Notes: a model not told the origin generated them from the letters alone. Positions 9,236-18,917 are shown, counted from the first letter of the stretch. The stretch: 64,000 bases of DNA from Patescibacteria group bacterium (GCA_043812155.1 JBDRMK010000017.1:146509-210508), one strand, 5' to 3'. A program made the numbers and translations.

Positions 9236-9530
9236 TACGTGGGGGGTCTCCACCTTCGCTCTTCACTTTGTTCAGAGCTTCGGCGGACAGGCGGGGGCAA
9301 AATGCTTTGCTACTTTTGCCTGCCCGCCTCTGGCAGGGTTACAAAAGTAGAAACATATTGGCACAGACAAAAAATATAACGGGAGATAATCAAAAAAGAC
9401 TGTCTACCCTTCGAGACTCAGGCTTCGTCCTCGCACCTCAGGGTGACAGTTTTATTATTTTAGTTCTTGGAGCCTGCCCTGAGCGGCGTCGAAGGGCTGC
9501 CAGAAAGAACAAATATACAGAGTAATAATA
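9236..9530. other. structured GC-rich intergenic region (degenerate REP-like hairpins or ncRNA)
   Basis: Several strong hairpins (CAGGCGGGGGCAAAA...TTTTGCCTGCCCGCCT) and CGAAGGGC/CCTTCGAG motifs shared with the REP-like family. No conserved ncRNA motif recognised. Confidence 0.3.
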
Positions 9531-9601
9531 TAATAACTCACCCTTGCCAAGCCCCAAAAAATCCCCTAGAATAAGGAAGTTAATCAATAACAACTTACGA
9601 T

Positions 9602-10741
9602 ATGTTTAAAAAACTATTTTTAATAATCTCACTCATTTTTTTCCTCCTGCCTTTGACCGGCCAGGCCAAGGAAAAAGCGACTTTTTATTACGGCTATTCG
9701 TGCCCCCACTGCAAAAATGTGGAAGAATTCATAAAAGACAACAACGTGGAAAGCCGGCTGGACGTTAAAATTGATAAAAAAGAGATCTATCTCAACCGCG
9801 ACAATGCCAGCGCCTTCCAAGCCATCTGCAGTGATTTTAATATTCCCACCAACCAAAGAGGCGTGCCATTCTTGGTCTGGGGCGACCAATATTTTCTGGG
9901 CGACGCGCCGATCATCAGTTTTCTGGAAGATAAATTAAAGGAAACTGACGGCCTTCAAAATAATAATATCAACACTAGCCAAGAAAAAATCTACAACCTT
10001 CCCTTGATCGGCAAAGTGGATCTCGGGAAATTTTCCCTCCCGGTTCTTACTTTGGTCGTGGGAGCGGTTGACGGCTTCAACCCCTGCGCCATGTGGGTCC
10101 TGGTTTTTCTGATCGGCGCCCTTTTAGGTCTTTCAAACCGCAAGAACATGTGGCTTATCGGCCTGACTTTTATCGGCGCCTCCGCGGCTGTTTACTATCT
10201 ATTCCTGGCCGCCTGGCTTAATTTATTTTTGTTCATCGGATATATTAGAATCGTGCAAATCATCATTGGCGCTTTAGCTTTATTTGTCGGCGCTTATTAT
10301 TTAAGGGAATACTGGCAAAAAAGAGGGCAGACAGAGGCGGAGTGCAAAGTCGTCAAAGGCGAAAAAAGGACAAAAATTATCGGCCGTATCAACCAGATCG
10401 TGGAATCAAAAAAAATCTTCTACGCCCTGGTCGGCATCGTGGCTCTCGCTTTTGTCGTCAATCTTATAGAACTCGCCTGCTCCATTGGTTTACCGGCTAT
10501 CTATACCCAACTTTTAACCTTGAATGATCTGCCGAAATGGCAGTATTATCTTTACCTGTTTTTCTATATCATCATCTTCATGCTGGACGACATGATTATT
10601 TTTACGGCCGCCATGCTGGCCGCCAAAGCGACCGGATTAAGCGGCAAATACTCTAAATTCTCCGAGCTTGTCGGCGGCCTGCTAATTTTCCTGATCGGCG
10701 TCTTACTGATCTTAAGGCCGGAGTGGCTGATGTTCGGTTAA
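9602..10741 (+). CDS. thiol-disulfide oxidoreductase fusion: secreted thioredoxin-fold (CPHC) domain + DsbD/CcdA-like membrane domain
   Basis: Signal peptide, then YGYSCPHCKN redox motif. C-terminal polytopic domain has Cys in TM segments (GFNPCAMWVL, ACSIGLP). Confidence 0.55.
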   Translation: MFKKLFLIISLIFFLLPLTGQAKEKATFYYGYSCPHCKNVEEFIKDNNVESRLDVKIDKKEIYLNRDNASAFQAICSDFNIPTNQRGVPFLVWGDQYFLGDAPIISFLEDKLKETDGLQNNNINTSQEKIYNLPLIGKVDLGKFSLPVLTLVVGAVDGFNPCAMWVLVFLIGALLGLSNRKNMWLIGLTFIGASAAVYYLFLAAWLNLFLFIGYIRIVQIIIGALALFVGAYYLREYWQKRGQTEAECKVVKGEKRTKIIGRINQIVESKKIFYALVGIVALAFVVNLIELACSIGLPAIYTQLLTLNDLPKWQYYLYLFFYIIIFMLDDMIIFTAAMLAAKATGLSGKYSKFSELVGGLLIFLIGVLLILRPEWLMFG

Positions 10742-10774
10742 TATATTACATTATATTTGATTATTTTTGTGAGA

Positions 10775-10803
10775 AGAACAGACCCCCAGGTCTGTTCTTT
10801 GAA
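10775..10803 (+). terminator. rho-independent terminator
   Basis: AGAACAGACC/GGTCTGTTCT stem followed by a T-rich tract. Confidence 0.55.
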
Positions 10804-10850
10804 TATTAATTAACAGCTAAAACCTTGAAGTCTTAGCTTCTATTTAGGAA

Positions 10851-10878
10851 TAGAGCGGATTCTGAATCCGCTCTTCTC
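10851..10878. repeat. REP/MITE-like hairpin, short form
   Basis: AGAGCGGATTCTGAATCCGCTCT, same family as 8311-8340. Confidence 0.65.
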
Positions 10879-11129
10879 TGAAAAAAATGACAACTAACCT
10901 TGCCAACCCTAAAAATTTCTCTTAAAATATAAGTTACCAACGCCTCTATCTCTTGCGGAGTAGTAGGCAGGCCTAAATTCGCCACCCTGAAGCGTCCAAA
11001 TCGAGGGAAAAGAAAGGGTTTATCGGGTGATGCCATTATGAAAATGTTCTTCTTCGCGACGGAGGTCATCGCCACCTAGGACAAGACGAGTCCGTTAGAA
11101 GTGGTATGCGGAAATTCCGCAGACCTTCA

Positions 11130-11159
11130 GGGGGATCCTTCGGGATTCCCCCATTTTTT
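11130..11159 (+). terminator. strong hairpin terminator with UUCG loop
   Basis: GGGGGATCC-TTCG-GGATTCCCCC followed by T6 on the plus strand. Abuts the stop of the minus-strand GT39 gene. Confidence 0.5.
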
Positions 11160-12435
11160 ATTTAACAATAGAAAACCAACTCGGCAGCCAGGCTCTTAAA
11201 TTTAAGGTGTCTTGCGAGATTTCTTGTCCGGTCAAAACCGGCCAGAAAAAAATAAAGGAAAAAAACACTAGCAAAAGATATCCGGTGATAATGACTTTAT
11301 TCCTTTTATTTTTCTGCCAGTGATCATTCAGGAGATAAATAAATATCAGCCATAAAAAAGGCGCCGCCGGAAGAAAATGATAAAGGAAAAGAGAACGTTT
11401 GATAAAAATAAAAGGCAGAAAATGAGTAAGGAAAATCAATAGAAGAAGATTTATTTTTCTGTCCCTGAACAAATATTTTTTTATCGCGTAAAGGGCGCCG
11501 ACAAGACTCGGCCACCAAACTAATGGATTGCCTAGCTCAACTATCACTTTGATCTTATTCCCGGCTTTTTCAAAAAAATATGGGAAAGGCTGAATATCCA
11601 AAGGCCAGCTCCAAAAAGGAGAACCGTAAGTATGGACTTCCGTGATATTTTCGTGATAAGTGAGAATTTTATAATTTTCATACCAGGTGATGGCTTTGGT
11701 GGCGGTTAAACCGTAATGAATCTGCCAGACGAGAAAATATAAAGAAAAAGGAATGACAATGAAATAAAGAATGAAATAATACCCTGGTAGCCGAATATTC
11801 GGCAAAAAATTTATTATATTTTTTAACGCGGTATTCTGCCACCATTGAGTCTGATTAAGCCACAAAATTAAAATTGGCCCCAAACCGGCTAAGGCCAACC
11901 ACTTAGTGGAAATACTTAAGCCAAAAAATATCCCGGCCAATATTAGAAATAGATGCGCTTTTTTGAAAGTATTACTGCCCAGAAAACAAAAAAACAGGAG
12001 ATAAGCCAGTAAAATAAAGAAGGAGTAAATAACGTCCAGGCGCGCCATTCTAGACTGGACTAAAAACAAACCGTCAAAAAGAAAAAATAAGGAGAAAATC
12101 AGAGGGATAAAATAATTTTTAAAAATTTTCCTGGCCAGCAAATACGCGAGGGGAATCAATAAACTGCCGAATAAAGCGGTAAAAAAACGCCAGCCGAAAG
12201 GCGTGTCGCCAAAAATCTTCATTCCTGAAGCGATGAAGAACTTGCCTAAAGGCGGATGAACATCATGGTAAAAAGTATGGCTTAAATAATGGCGGCCGAA
12301 ATCCACAAAATAATGCTCGTCGGAAACGATTTTCGGAGGCGTGTCTAATTGGTAAAAACGGGTAAATAGCGCGACAAGCGTCAGCGCCAAGATCAATATT
12401 AGATCCCATTTATGATTTTTTAGGCTCATGAACAC
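11158..12435 (-). CDS. GT39 / PMT-family glycosyltransferase (phospholipid-carrier-dependent, ArnT/PMT-like)
   Basis: N-terminal DEHYF and HPPLGK motifs typical of protein O-mannosyltransferase-like enzymes, about 11 TM helices. Confidence 0.8.
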   Translation of the reverse strand: MFMSLKNHKWDLILILALTLVALFTRFYQLDTPPKIVSDEHYFVDFGRHYLSHTFYHDVHPPLGKFFIASGMKIFGDTPFGWRFFTALFGSLLIPLAYLLARKIFKNYFIPLIFSLFFLFDGLFLVQSRMARLDVIYSFFILLAYLLFFCFLGSNTFKKAHLFLILAGIFFGLSISTKWLALAGLGPILILWLNQTQWWQNTALKNIINFLPNIRLPGYYFILYFIVIPFSLYFLVWQIHYGLTATKAITWYENYKILTYHENITEVHTYGSPFWSWPLDIQPFPYFFEKAGNKIKVIVELGNPLVWWPSLVGALYAIKKYLFRDRKINLLLLIFLTHFLPFIFIKRSLFLYHFLPAAPFLWLIFIYLLNDHWQKNKRNKVIITGYLLLVFFSFIFFWPVLTGQEISQDTLNLRAWLPSWFSIVK

Positions 12436-12559
12436 ATTATATCTCTTTTACGCCAAGATAATAAACCCTTGCCAAAATTGAAAAAGTATGGTTAAATGAT
12501 AAACTTAACAGATAAGAAGACGGTTATACCCAAAACTTAGTATTTATTATTATGACGAA

Positions 12560-14245
12560 ATGAGCGAAGAAAAGAAAAATTTCAATCAATTTGCCGCGGA
12601 ATTCCAAGATAAATCCCGGCCGGCCCGGGCCTACGGCCGGAATTATAACGCCGAAAAACCCCTGCGGAATAATATAAAAGAGCTTATTGTCGCTTTGCGC
12701 AAGAACAGATATTCAGACTGGCAGGACCCCAAAATCCCGAAAATCCATGTTTCTTCCACGATTTCCCGCATGGCTTTTTTATACGAAAAAATCCGGGTGG
12801 CCATTGATTATAAAGACGAGCATCTCTTGCGGAAAAACGCCATTGAAAGGATCCTGAAACGCTGGCTTTTAGAAGGAAAGATCGAAACTTTTGATATCCG
12901 GACTTTGATCATGGAGCTGGTCCGGGGCGGCTATTTAAAAAACGACAGCGTGCCGGAAAATGTCGTTTTTGAAGTTAAGCAGATTTTGGAAAAATACTTG
13001 AATTTAATGAAACAAAGCTCGTTCCTGAAAAAAGGCGAAGAACGCTACGCCTTAAACGAATGGATCCTAAGCCTGCTTTCGGTGGAAATTGAAAATCATT
13101 TTTTTCCGGCTTATGAAGACCAGGCCTTGATCGAATACGCTTATTCTCTCCTGCACGATAAGGTGGCCGTTTCCGAGGAAGACACCGACGAAAAAACGAA
13201 GAACACCCAGCTGTATATCGCCATACAGCGGGCGGTCATGAAGTCAGACGACGCCTTGATCCGCTACGGTCTTTTTAAGCTGTATTATCCCGACTGGGAA
13301 ACCACTGATTATTCCCTCGTAACAGAGATAGCCGGCCATATCGATGCATTAAAAATAACCATTGAAAATCAAATAAATCATCCGATCGGCGGTCTTATTT
13401 ACCGGCAGGTGAAAAAATATATCATTCTTCTGCAAATCCTCAAAGACATCATCAAGGAAAATCCGAGCCGGGCCGAAGAAATATTAAGCAATCCGAATCT
13501 CTTGCAGGAAAAAATCGTCAAGGCCTGCGAGATACGGTATAAAAAAGCGCGGACAAAATTAAGCCGCAGTACTTTCCGCTCCGTTATTTATATTTTGCTA
13601 ACTAAGACCGTTCTCGCTTTTGTCTTGGAACTGCCTTATGATGTTTTGATCTACAATACGGTGCACCTGACCGCCTTGATCACCAATATCGTCTTTCACC
13701 CCTTGCTGCTTATTTTTATCGCCGCTAATATATATATTCCCGCCAAGAAAAACACGGAAAAAGTGGTCGAGGCCATCCGCGGCATGATCTATGCCGACGA
13801 AAAAGAATTCATCTTCGCCATTTTCAAAAAACCGATCAAAAGAAGAAAAGGCTGGAATTTCGTTTTCAATCTCCTTTATCTGTTTGTTTTCACTATTTCC
13901 TTCGGAGCGATCATTTATGTCCTGCGCCGGTTTGAATTCAACGCCGCCAGCATCTTCCTCTTTCTCCTTTTCCTGTGCGTGGTCAGTTTTTTCGGCATCA
14001 AGAACCGCGAAACCATGCGCGAACTGATAATCATCGACAAAAAAAGAGGCTTTATCGGCTCACTGCTTGATTTCTTCACTCTGCCGATCATCCGGATGGG
14101 CCGCTGGCTTTCGGTCAAAGCGCCGAAGATCAATGTTTTCACTTTTGTCCTTGATTTTATCGTAGAGGCGCCGTTTAAAATTTTCGTGGAAGTGCTGGAC
14201 GAATGGATGAACTTCATTAAAGAGAAAAAAGAGGAAATCTACTAA
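12560..14245 (+). CDS. hypothetical protein: soluble N-terminal domain + C-terminal multi-TM domain
   Basis: 561-aa ORF with no recognised motif. Divergent from the GT39 gene. Confidence 0.55.
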   Translation: MSEEKKNFNQFAAEFQDKSRPARAYGRNYNAEKPLRNNIKELIVALRKNRYSDWQDPKIPKIHVSSTISRMAFLYEKIRVAIDYKDEHLLRKNAIERILKRWLLEGKIETFDIRTLIMELVRGGYLKNDSVPENVVFEVKQILEKYLNLMKQSSFLKKGEERYALNEWILSLLSVEIENHFFPAYEDQALIEYAYSLLHDKVAVSEEDTDEKTKNTQLYIAIQRAVMKSDDALIRYGLFKLYYPDWETTDYSLVTEIAGHIDALKITIENQINHPIGGLIYRQVKKYIILLQILKDIIKENPSRAEEILSNPNLLQEKIVKACEIRYKKARTKLSRSTFRSVIYILLTKTVLAFVLELPYDVLIYNTVHLTALITNIVFHPLLLIFIAANIYIPAKKNTEKVVEAIRGMIYADEKEFIFAIFKKPIKRRKGWNFVFNLLYLFVFTISFGAIIYVLRRFEFNAASIFLFLLFLCVVSFFGIKNRETMRELIIIDKKRGFIGSLLDFFTLPIIRMGRWLSVKAPKINVFTFVLDFIVEAPFKIFVEVLDEWMNFIKEKKEEIY

Positions 14246-14394
14246 GTTATCGGTAATACACCGCAATTAAGGAAAAATCAGCGGTTTTTTGTTTACATAT
14301 TTTCCTGATGAGTTATAATAAAAAATAGGGTAATGCTAATATATGCGTCAAAAAACTCCTTTAAATAATTTTATTATTAAAAAGGAAAAAAATT

Positions 14395-15402
14395 ATGGGC
14401 AGAAAATTAATCAGTATTATCGCGACGGTTATTGTTTCCGTGCTGGTCGGCTCAGGAATAGTTTATGCGGCTTCGGTGCGTAACATTACCACGACTTTAG
14501 GCGGAGTGGCCGGCGACTATTTTAATCTGGACGGGATACTAACGGTCAGCACGCTGAAAGTCGGCAGCCAAGGAGTAGGCGGCGTCACTTTTTTCAACGG
14601 CTCGATCGTGAACAACACGACAACGGCAGGCTTAGACAATCCGGTTACTTTCGGCGACAACGTGAGAATTGACGGCCGTATTTACCGCGGAGCGACGGCC
14701 GGACCTGGCGACACAATGCCCTTTATTGTCAATGATGATATGGAAATCAAGGGCAATTTAACTCTCAGCACGGGAAAAACGCTCGACTTATCCGGCGTAA
14801 CTGTCAGCGGTTTAGATAATTTTGCCGATCTCGGCCAAGCGGAAACGATTACGGCCAACTGGGTCAATACTCAAAATCCCTGGTCTTCGGCTGAGATCGC
14901 TGATATTACTCGAAGAGTCGCTTTGCCCTTGGCCAGTTTCTATTCGGATGCAGACGGCACCCCTGCCGCCATCACCACGACCACCGTGCCGAATCTCGCC
15001 TATACCGCCAATCAAGGCTTGTCTCTGGTTTACTCGGCCACGGAAACCACGGATATCGGGACGCAATTTACCGTGCCATCCGATTACGTTTCGGGCGGCA
15101 TTTTCAAAGTGTTGGTTGATACCTCCGCTATCCTTGTCGCAGATTTAAATCTTGATTTTAAGGTAGCCATTTCCCAAACGACAGACACAACCGCCTGGGA
15201 TACGGACATGGATGATGAGGATCCGGTTGATATTACCGGCACGGCCGGCACGCCAAAAATCGTCACTCTTACTCCGACCGACCAAACTGACATATCCGCC
15301 GGCGACACGATTTTTTTAGACTTGTTTCCTGATACTTACGGAGCGGCCGAGCCGGATTTGGAAATCTACGCCGTGTGGTTTGAATATACCGCTGTGCAGT
15401 AA
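14395..15402 (+). CDS. Thr/Asn-rich secreted surface protein, paralog A
   Basis: N-terminal signal anchor, then a 130-aa domain shared with the next gene (GVTFFNGSIVNNTTTAGLDNPVTFGDNVRIDGRIYRG identical), divergent C-terminus. RBS present. Confidence 0.7.
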   Translation: MGRKLISIIATVIVSVLVGSGIVYAASVRNITTTLGGVAGDYFNLDGILTVSTLKVGSQGVGGVTFFNGSIVNNTTTAGLDNPVTFGDNVRIDGRIYRGATAGPGDTMPFIVNDDMEIKGNLTLSTGKTLDLSGVTVSGLDNFADLGQAETITANWVNTQNPWSSAEIADITRRVALPLASFYSDADGTPAAITTTTVPNLAYTANQGLSLVYSATETTDIGTQFTVPSDYVSGGIFKVLVDTSAILVADLNLDFKVAISQTTDTTAWDTDMDDEDPVDITGTAGTPKIVTLTPTDQTDISAGDTIFLDLFPDTYGAAEPDLEIYAVWFEYTAVQ

Positions 15403-15421
15403 AAAATTAGGTTTAAATAAG

Positions 15422-15460
15422 AACAATCTTTAGGTCTTCGGGCTTAAAGATTGTTTTTTT
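15422..15460 (+). terminator. rho-independent terminator between the paralogs
   Basis: 11-bp stem AACAATCTTTA/TAAAGATTGTT followed by T7. Confidence 0.7.
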
Positions 15461-15516
15461 ATCACGATTATTATACAATGTAATCAATATAAACTTATTA
15501 TTAAGGAGGAAATAAA

Positions 15517-16284
15517 ATGAAAAAAATTTTAAGTGTCATTATCACGATCTTTGTCTCAGTTCTTATCGCCTCGGGAGTAGTCTATGCCGCCACGCGCAAC
15601 ATTACGGCCACCTTAGGCGGCGCTTCCGGCGACACTTTCCAGCTTTCCGGCGTTATGACGGTTAATTCCTTAAAAGTCGGGGCCCAAGGCACGGGCGGAG
15701 TCACTTTTTTCAACGGCTCGATCGTGAACAACACGACAACGGCAGGCTTAGACAATCCGGTCACTTTCGGCGACAACGTGAGAATTGACGGCCGTATTTA
15801 CCGCGGAGCAATCGCGGGGACAAGCGATACTCTGCCGGTAATCATTAACGATAATCTGGAAGTGGCCGGCGCCATTTCTGCCAGCAGCTTAACTGTTAAC
15901 GGAGTTTCTGTCGGCACGAAAAAAACCTATGAAGGCACTATCGATCTTACGAGCAGCGGCGATGAAATCGTCAGTATAGATACAGGCAATACTTGTTCAC
16001 CGGACACCAATACCAAATATTACAAATATCATTATAAAAAAATAGCCATCCCGGAAATTTCGGTCAGCAACCTCCCTAACCTCCGCGCCTACTGCCACGC
16101 CCACGCCGACAGCGGAATGGCCACAATGCTTCCTAATAGCCGAGACGTTTGGGTCGGCTGCAGTTTATATTACGCCGAAGGTTATGGTTATTTACTCTAC
16201 AAATACGAAAGCGAAACCTGCGCCGGCAGCGTCTCCTCGACTTACTATTACCTCGACGGACAATATAAAATTATTATTTATTAA
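15517..16284 (+). CDS. Thr/Asn-rich secreted surface protein, paralog B
   Basis: Same N-terminal domain as 14395, different C-terminal half. RBS AAGGAGG. Confidence 0.7.
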   Translation: MKKILSVIITIFVSVLIASGVVYAATRNITATLGGASGDTFQLSGVMTVNSLKVGAQGTGGVTFFNGSIVNNTTTAGLDNPVTFGDNVRIDGRIYRGAIAGTSDTLPVIINDNLEVAGAISASSLTVNGVSVGTKKTYEGTIDLTSSGDEIVSIDTGNTCSPDTNTKYYKYHYKKIAIPEISVSNLPNLRAYCHAHADSGMATMLPNSRDVWVGCSLYYAEGYGYLLYKYESETCAGSVSSTYYYLDGQYKIIIY

Positions 16285-16314
16285 TAAAATATTCGTTTAG
16301 AAAAGGTCATTGCC

Positions 16315-16344
16315 TTGACAGCTGTTAAGAATTGCTGGTATAAT
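16315..16344 (+). promoter_or_regulatory. sigma70-like promoter for pilT (TTGACA-18-TATAAT)
   Basis: Consensus -35 and -10 hexamers read directly from the sequence. Confidence 0.5.
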
Positions 16345-16425
16345 ATATTTATGATTTTTAATTATTATAAATAATAATATTTGACGCTTGGTTTTTTTAA
16401 GCCAGGCGTTTTTAGGAGAAAAAAT

Positions 16426-17469
16426 ATGCTTAAAATTGACGATTTATTCAAAGAAGCGGTAAAAAGAGAGGCCTCCGACCTACATCTTATCGCCAATATG
16501 CCTCCGATATTAAGAATTGACGGGGAGCTGAAAAAACTTAATGAGTATCCGGTCCTAAGAACAAAAGACGTGGAGGATCTCTGCTACAGTATTATCTCCC
16601 CTAAACTCAAGGATACCCTGATCAATGACCGGGAATTGGATGTCTCTTACGAAATAAAAGATGTTTCCCGCTTCCGCGTTAACATGCTCTGGGAAAAAAA
16701 TTGTTTGAGTATGGTCGCCCGCGTCATTTCCACTAAAATCCCGACTATGGAAGAACTGAAGATGCCGAATATCGTTTATGAACTGATCCGGCTTAAACAG
16801 GGTTTGATCCTGGTCACCGGCCCCACCGGCTGCGGCAAATCCACTTCGCTGGCCGCCATGATCAACCTGATCAATAACGAAAGAACCTCCCATATCGTCA
16901 CCTTAGAAGACCCGATTGAATTTATTTTCTCGCCCATCAAGTGCATCATCCGGCAAAGGCAGCTCGGTTCGGACATGACGACTTTCGGCCAAGGCTTAAA
17001 GCATGTCTTGCGCCAGGACCCGAACGTGATCATGGTCGGCGAAATGCGCGACCTGGAAACCATCGCCTCCACTATCACTCTCGCCGAAACCGGACACTTG
17101 GTCCTGGCGACATTGCACACCTTAAACGCCGCCCAGACCATTGACCGTATCATTGACGTGTTCCCTCCTTACCAGCAATCCCAGGTGCGGCTGCAAATTT
17201 CTCTGTTCTTGAAAGGCATTATCTCCCAGACCCTTCTGCCGAAAGTGACCGGCGGCCGCATCGCCGCCCGCGAAGTCCTGATCAACACGCCGGCCATCTC
17301 CAATCTTATCCGCGAAAATAAGATCGCCCAGATAAAGACCGCCATCCAGACCAGCGCCGAGGAAGGAATGTTCACTATGGACCAGGATGTCAAAACCCTT
17401 TATGAGAAAAAATTGATCAGTGAGACCATCGCCTTAACGCACATGGTTAATCCGGAAATGCTAAAATAA
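16426..17469 (+). CDS. pilT: type IV pilus retraction ATPase PilT
   Basis: Walker A GPTGCGKST, Asp box, His box and the PilT-specific C-terminal region. Start at the internal ATG with RBS AGGAGA. Confidence 0.9.
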   Translation: MLKIDDLFKEAVKREASDLHLIANMPPILRIDGELKKLNEYPVLRTKDVEDLCYSIISPKLKDTLINDRELDVSYEIKDVSRFRVNMLWEKNCLSMVARVISTKIPTMEELKMPNIVYELIRLKQGLILVTGPTGCGKSTSLAAMINLINNERTSHIVTLEDPIEFIFSPIKCIIRQRQLGSDMTTFGQGLKHVLRQDPNVIMVGEMRDLETIASTITLAETGHLVLATLHTLNAAQTIDRIIDVFPPYQQSQVRLQISLFLKGIISQTLLPKVTGGRIAAREVLINTPAISNLIRENKIAQIKTAIQTSAEEGMFTMDQDVKTLYEKKLISETIALTHMVNPEMLK

Positions 17470-17475
17470 TTAATT

Positions 17476-18432
17476 ATGGTGGACGTTAAACTCATAAAAA
17501 ATATCCCTGTTTTTGCCGGCCTTTCCCCGGAAGAGCTTAATTCGCTTGCTTCCCTCTGTTTGCTTAAAAAAATGGCGGTCGGACAAAAACTTTTTAAGGC
17601 CGGCGAAGGCCGCAAGAATTTTTATGTTATCCTTTCCGGCAAATTAAAGATTTACCGCCTGCTTAAAGACGAACAAGAAGTTATTGCCTATATGGACAAA
17701 GATAATTTTGCCGTGGAAAGCGCCTTGGTCGACCCCGGATTAAAACACACTCATTTCGGCGAAGTCATGGAGAAAGGGGAGATCTTGGAAATGAAAGGCA
17801 GTGATTTTCTTAACTTGTCAAAGAATAACCTCCGCCTGGGAAATAAAATTTACGGCAATATCGTGAATAACCTGACGGAACGGCTGCACCACGCCAACAA
17901 CAAGCTCGTGACCGTATATTCCACCGGCAAGATCGCTTCTACTTACGCCAATATCTATAACTTATTGCCTCTGCTTTTGGAAACAATTCTTTCAGTCATT
18001 AAAGCAAAAAAAGCCTTTTTCGCCCTTTTTAAACCTTTTGAAAATAAAACCGTCATCCAGGAAGCGATCGGTTTCAGCAACAATCAAGCAATAAAAAATT
18101 TGAACTTGGGGCTGCGCGGCGAGCCTTTTTTGGGAAAAATTTTTGAAAACGGGGAAGATATCTTTGTTACCAGTGAGGAAGCGAAAAAAAACAAAGAATA
18201 TAAATTGCCCTATCTGGGCGAGAATGCTCTTGCCGTAAAGATCCAAACCGGACAAAAAATCCTTGGCGCGATTGTTCTGGTGGATAAAAAAGAGGAAGAC
18301 TTTAATTTCAACAATCAAATTCTTCTTAATATAATCTCCCGGCAGATCGCTACCGCTCTCCAGACCGCGGAAAAAACCGAAGACCAAAGCTCACATGAAG
18401 AGCTGAAAAGAGTATATATCAAGCCCTATTAA
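17476..18432 (+). CDS. cyclic-nucleotide-binding (Crp-like cNMP) + GAF domain protein
   Basis: N-terminal cNMP-binding beta-barrel pattern (FKAGEGRKNFYVILSGKLKIY), C-terminal GAF-like region. Starts 7 nt after the pilT stop. Confidence 0.6.
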   Translation: MVDVKLIKNIPVFAGLSPEELNSLASLCLLKKMAVGQKLFKAGEGRKNFYVILSGKLKIYRLLKDEQEVIAYMDKDNFAVESALVDPGLKHTHFGEVMEKGEILEMKGSDFLNLSKNNLRLGNKIYGNIVNNLTERLHHANNKLVTVYSTGKIASTYANIYNLLPLLLETILSVIKAKKAFFALFKPFENKTVIQEAIGFSNNQAIKNLNLGLRGEPFLGKIFENGEDIFVTSEEAKKNKEYKLPYLGENALAVKIQTGQKILGAIVLVDKKEEDFNFNNQILLNIISRQIATALQTAEKTEDQSSHEELKRVYIKPY

Positions 18433-18461
18433 ACTCAGATTAAATACTATACGCGAAGGTC

Positions 18462-18491
18462 GAAGACGGATTGATCCGTCTTGATTTTTTT
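18462..18491 (+). terminator. rho-independent terminator
   Basis: AAGACGGAT-TGA-TCCGTCTT stem followed by T8. Confidence 0.7.
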
Positions 18492-18521
18492 TATAATATT
18501 TGTTAGAATTTTAACACTTAA

Positions 18522-18593
18522 GCGCCTATAGCTTAATGGATAAAGCTCTGGTCTTCGGAACCAGCGATGAGGGTTCGATTCCCCCTGGGCGCA
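18522..18593 (+). tRNA. tRNA-Arg (anticodon TCG), no encoded CCA
   Basis: Manual cloverleaf: acceptor GCGCCTA/TGGGCGC, anticodon loop CTTCGGA, T-arm GGGTTCGATTCCC. Confidence 0.75.
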
Positions 18594-18619
18594 AATATAA
18601 ATAGTAAATACTAGTTTAG

Positions 18620-18697
18620 TTCGCCCTGAACCACTGAAGGGTTCAGGGCTGCCGTGAACTCTTTAGTAGTTCACGGCGAATCCCTCCGGGCGCACCA
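18620..18697 (+). other. tRNA-trailer element: two hairpins, then an imperfect copy of the tRNA-Arg T-arm/acceptor 3' strand ending in CCA
   Basis: Hairpins CCCTGAACC/GGTTCAGGG and CCGTGAACT/AGTTCACGG, then CGAATCCCTCCGGGCGCACCA. The tRNA 3' end is CGATTCCCCCTGGGCGCA. Confidence 0.5.
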
Positions 18698-18803
18698 TTG
18701 GCAAAAGTTATACGGGCGCATAGCTTCAGCCCGAGGCTGACCCGCCTTGGGCGGGCAGCTGGTCTCCCTGATCATAAAAATTAATATAATATAGATACAT
18801 TTC

Positions 18804-18877
18804 GGGCGCATAGCTCAGCTGGTTAGAGCACCTGCCTCTTAAGCAGGGTGTCGGGGGTTCGAATCCCTCTGCGCTCA
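18804..18877 (+). tRNA. tRNA-Lys (anticodon CTT), no encoded CCA
   Basis: Manual cloverleaf: acceptor GGGCGCA/TGCGCTC, anticodon loop CTCTTAA, T-arm GGGGGTTCGAATCCCTC. Confidence 0.8.
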
Positions 18878-18917
18878 CTTTTAAAAACAGAGCATAAGCA
18901 TTATTAAGAAAAAATTA

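Noticed and set aside
9268-9525. 85-aa ORF in the structured GC-rich intergenic region
   Set aside because: It overlaps strong hairpins and REP-like motifs, has no RBS and has an Arg/Gly-rich non-protein-like composition.
10833-11075. 80-aa minus-strand ORF
   Set aside because: Its C-terminus is encoded by a REP-like palindrome. It has no RBS, so it is more likely part of a noncoding region.
18714-18790. Possible third tRNA between tRNA-Arg and tRNA-Lys
   Set aside because: It shares only the first 12 nt with tRNA-Lys. No D/anticodon/T-arm cloverleaf can be drawn, so it is treated as a fragment.
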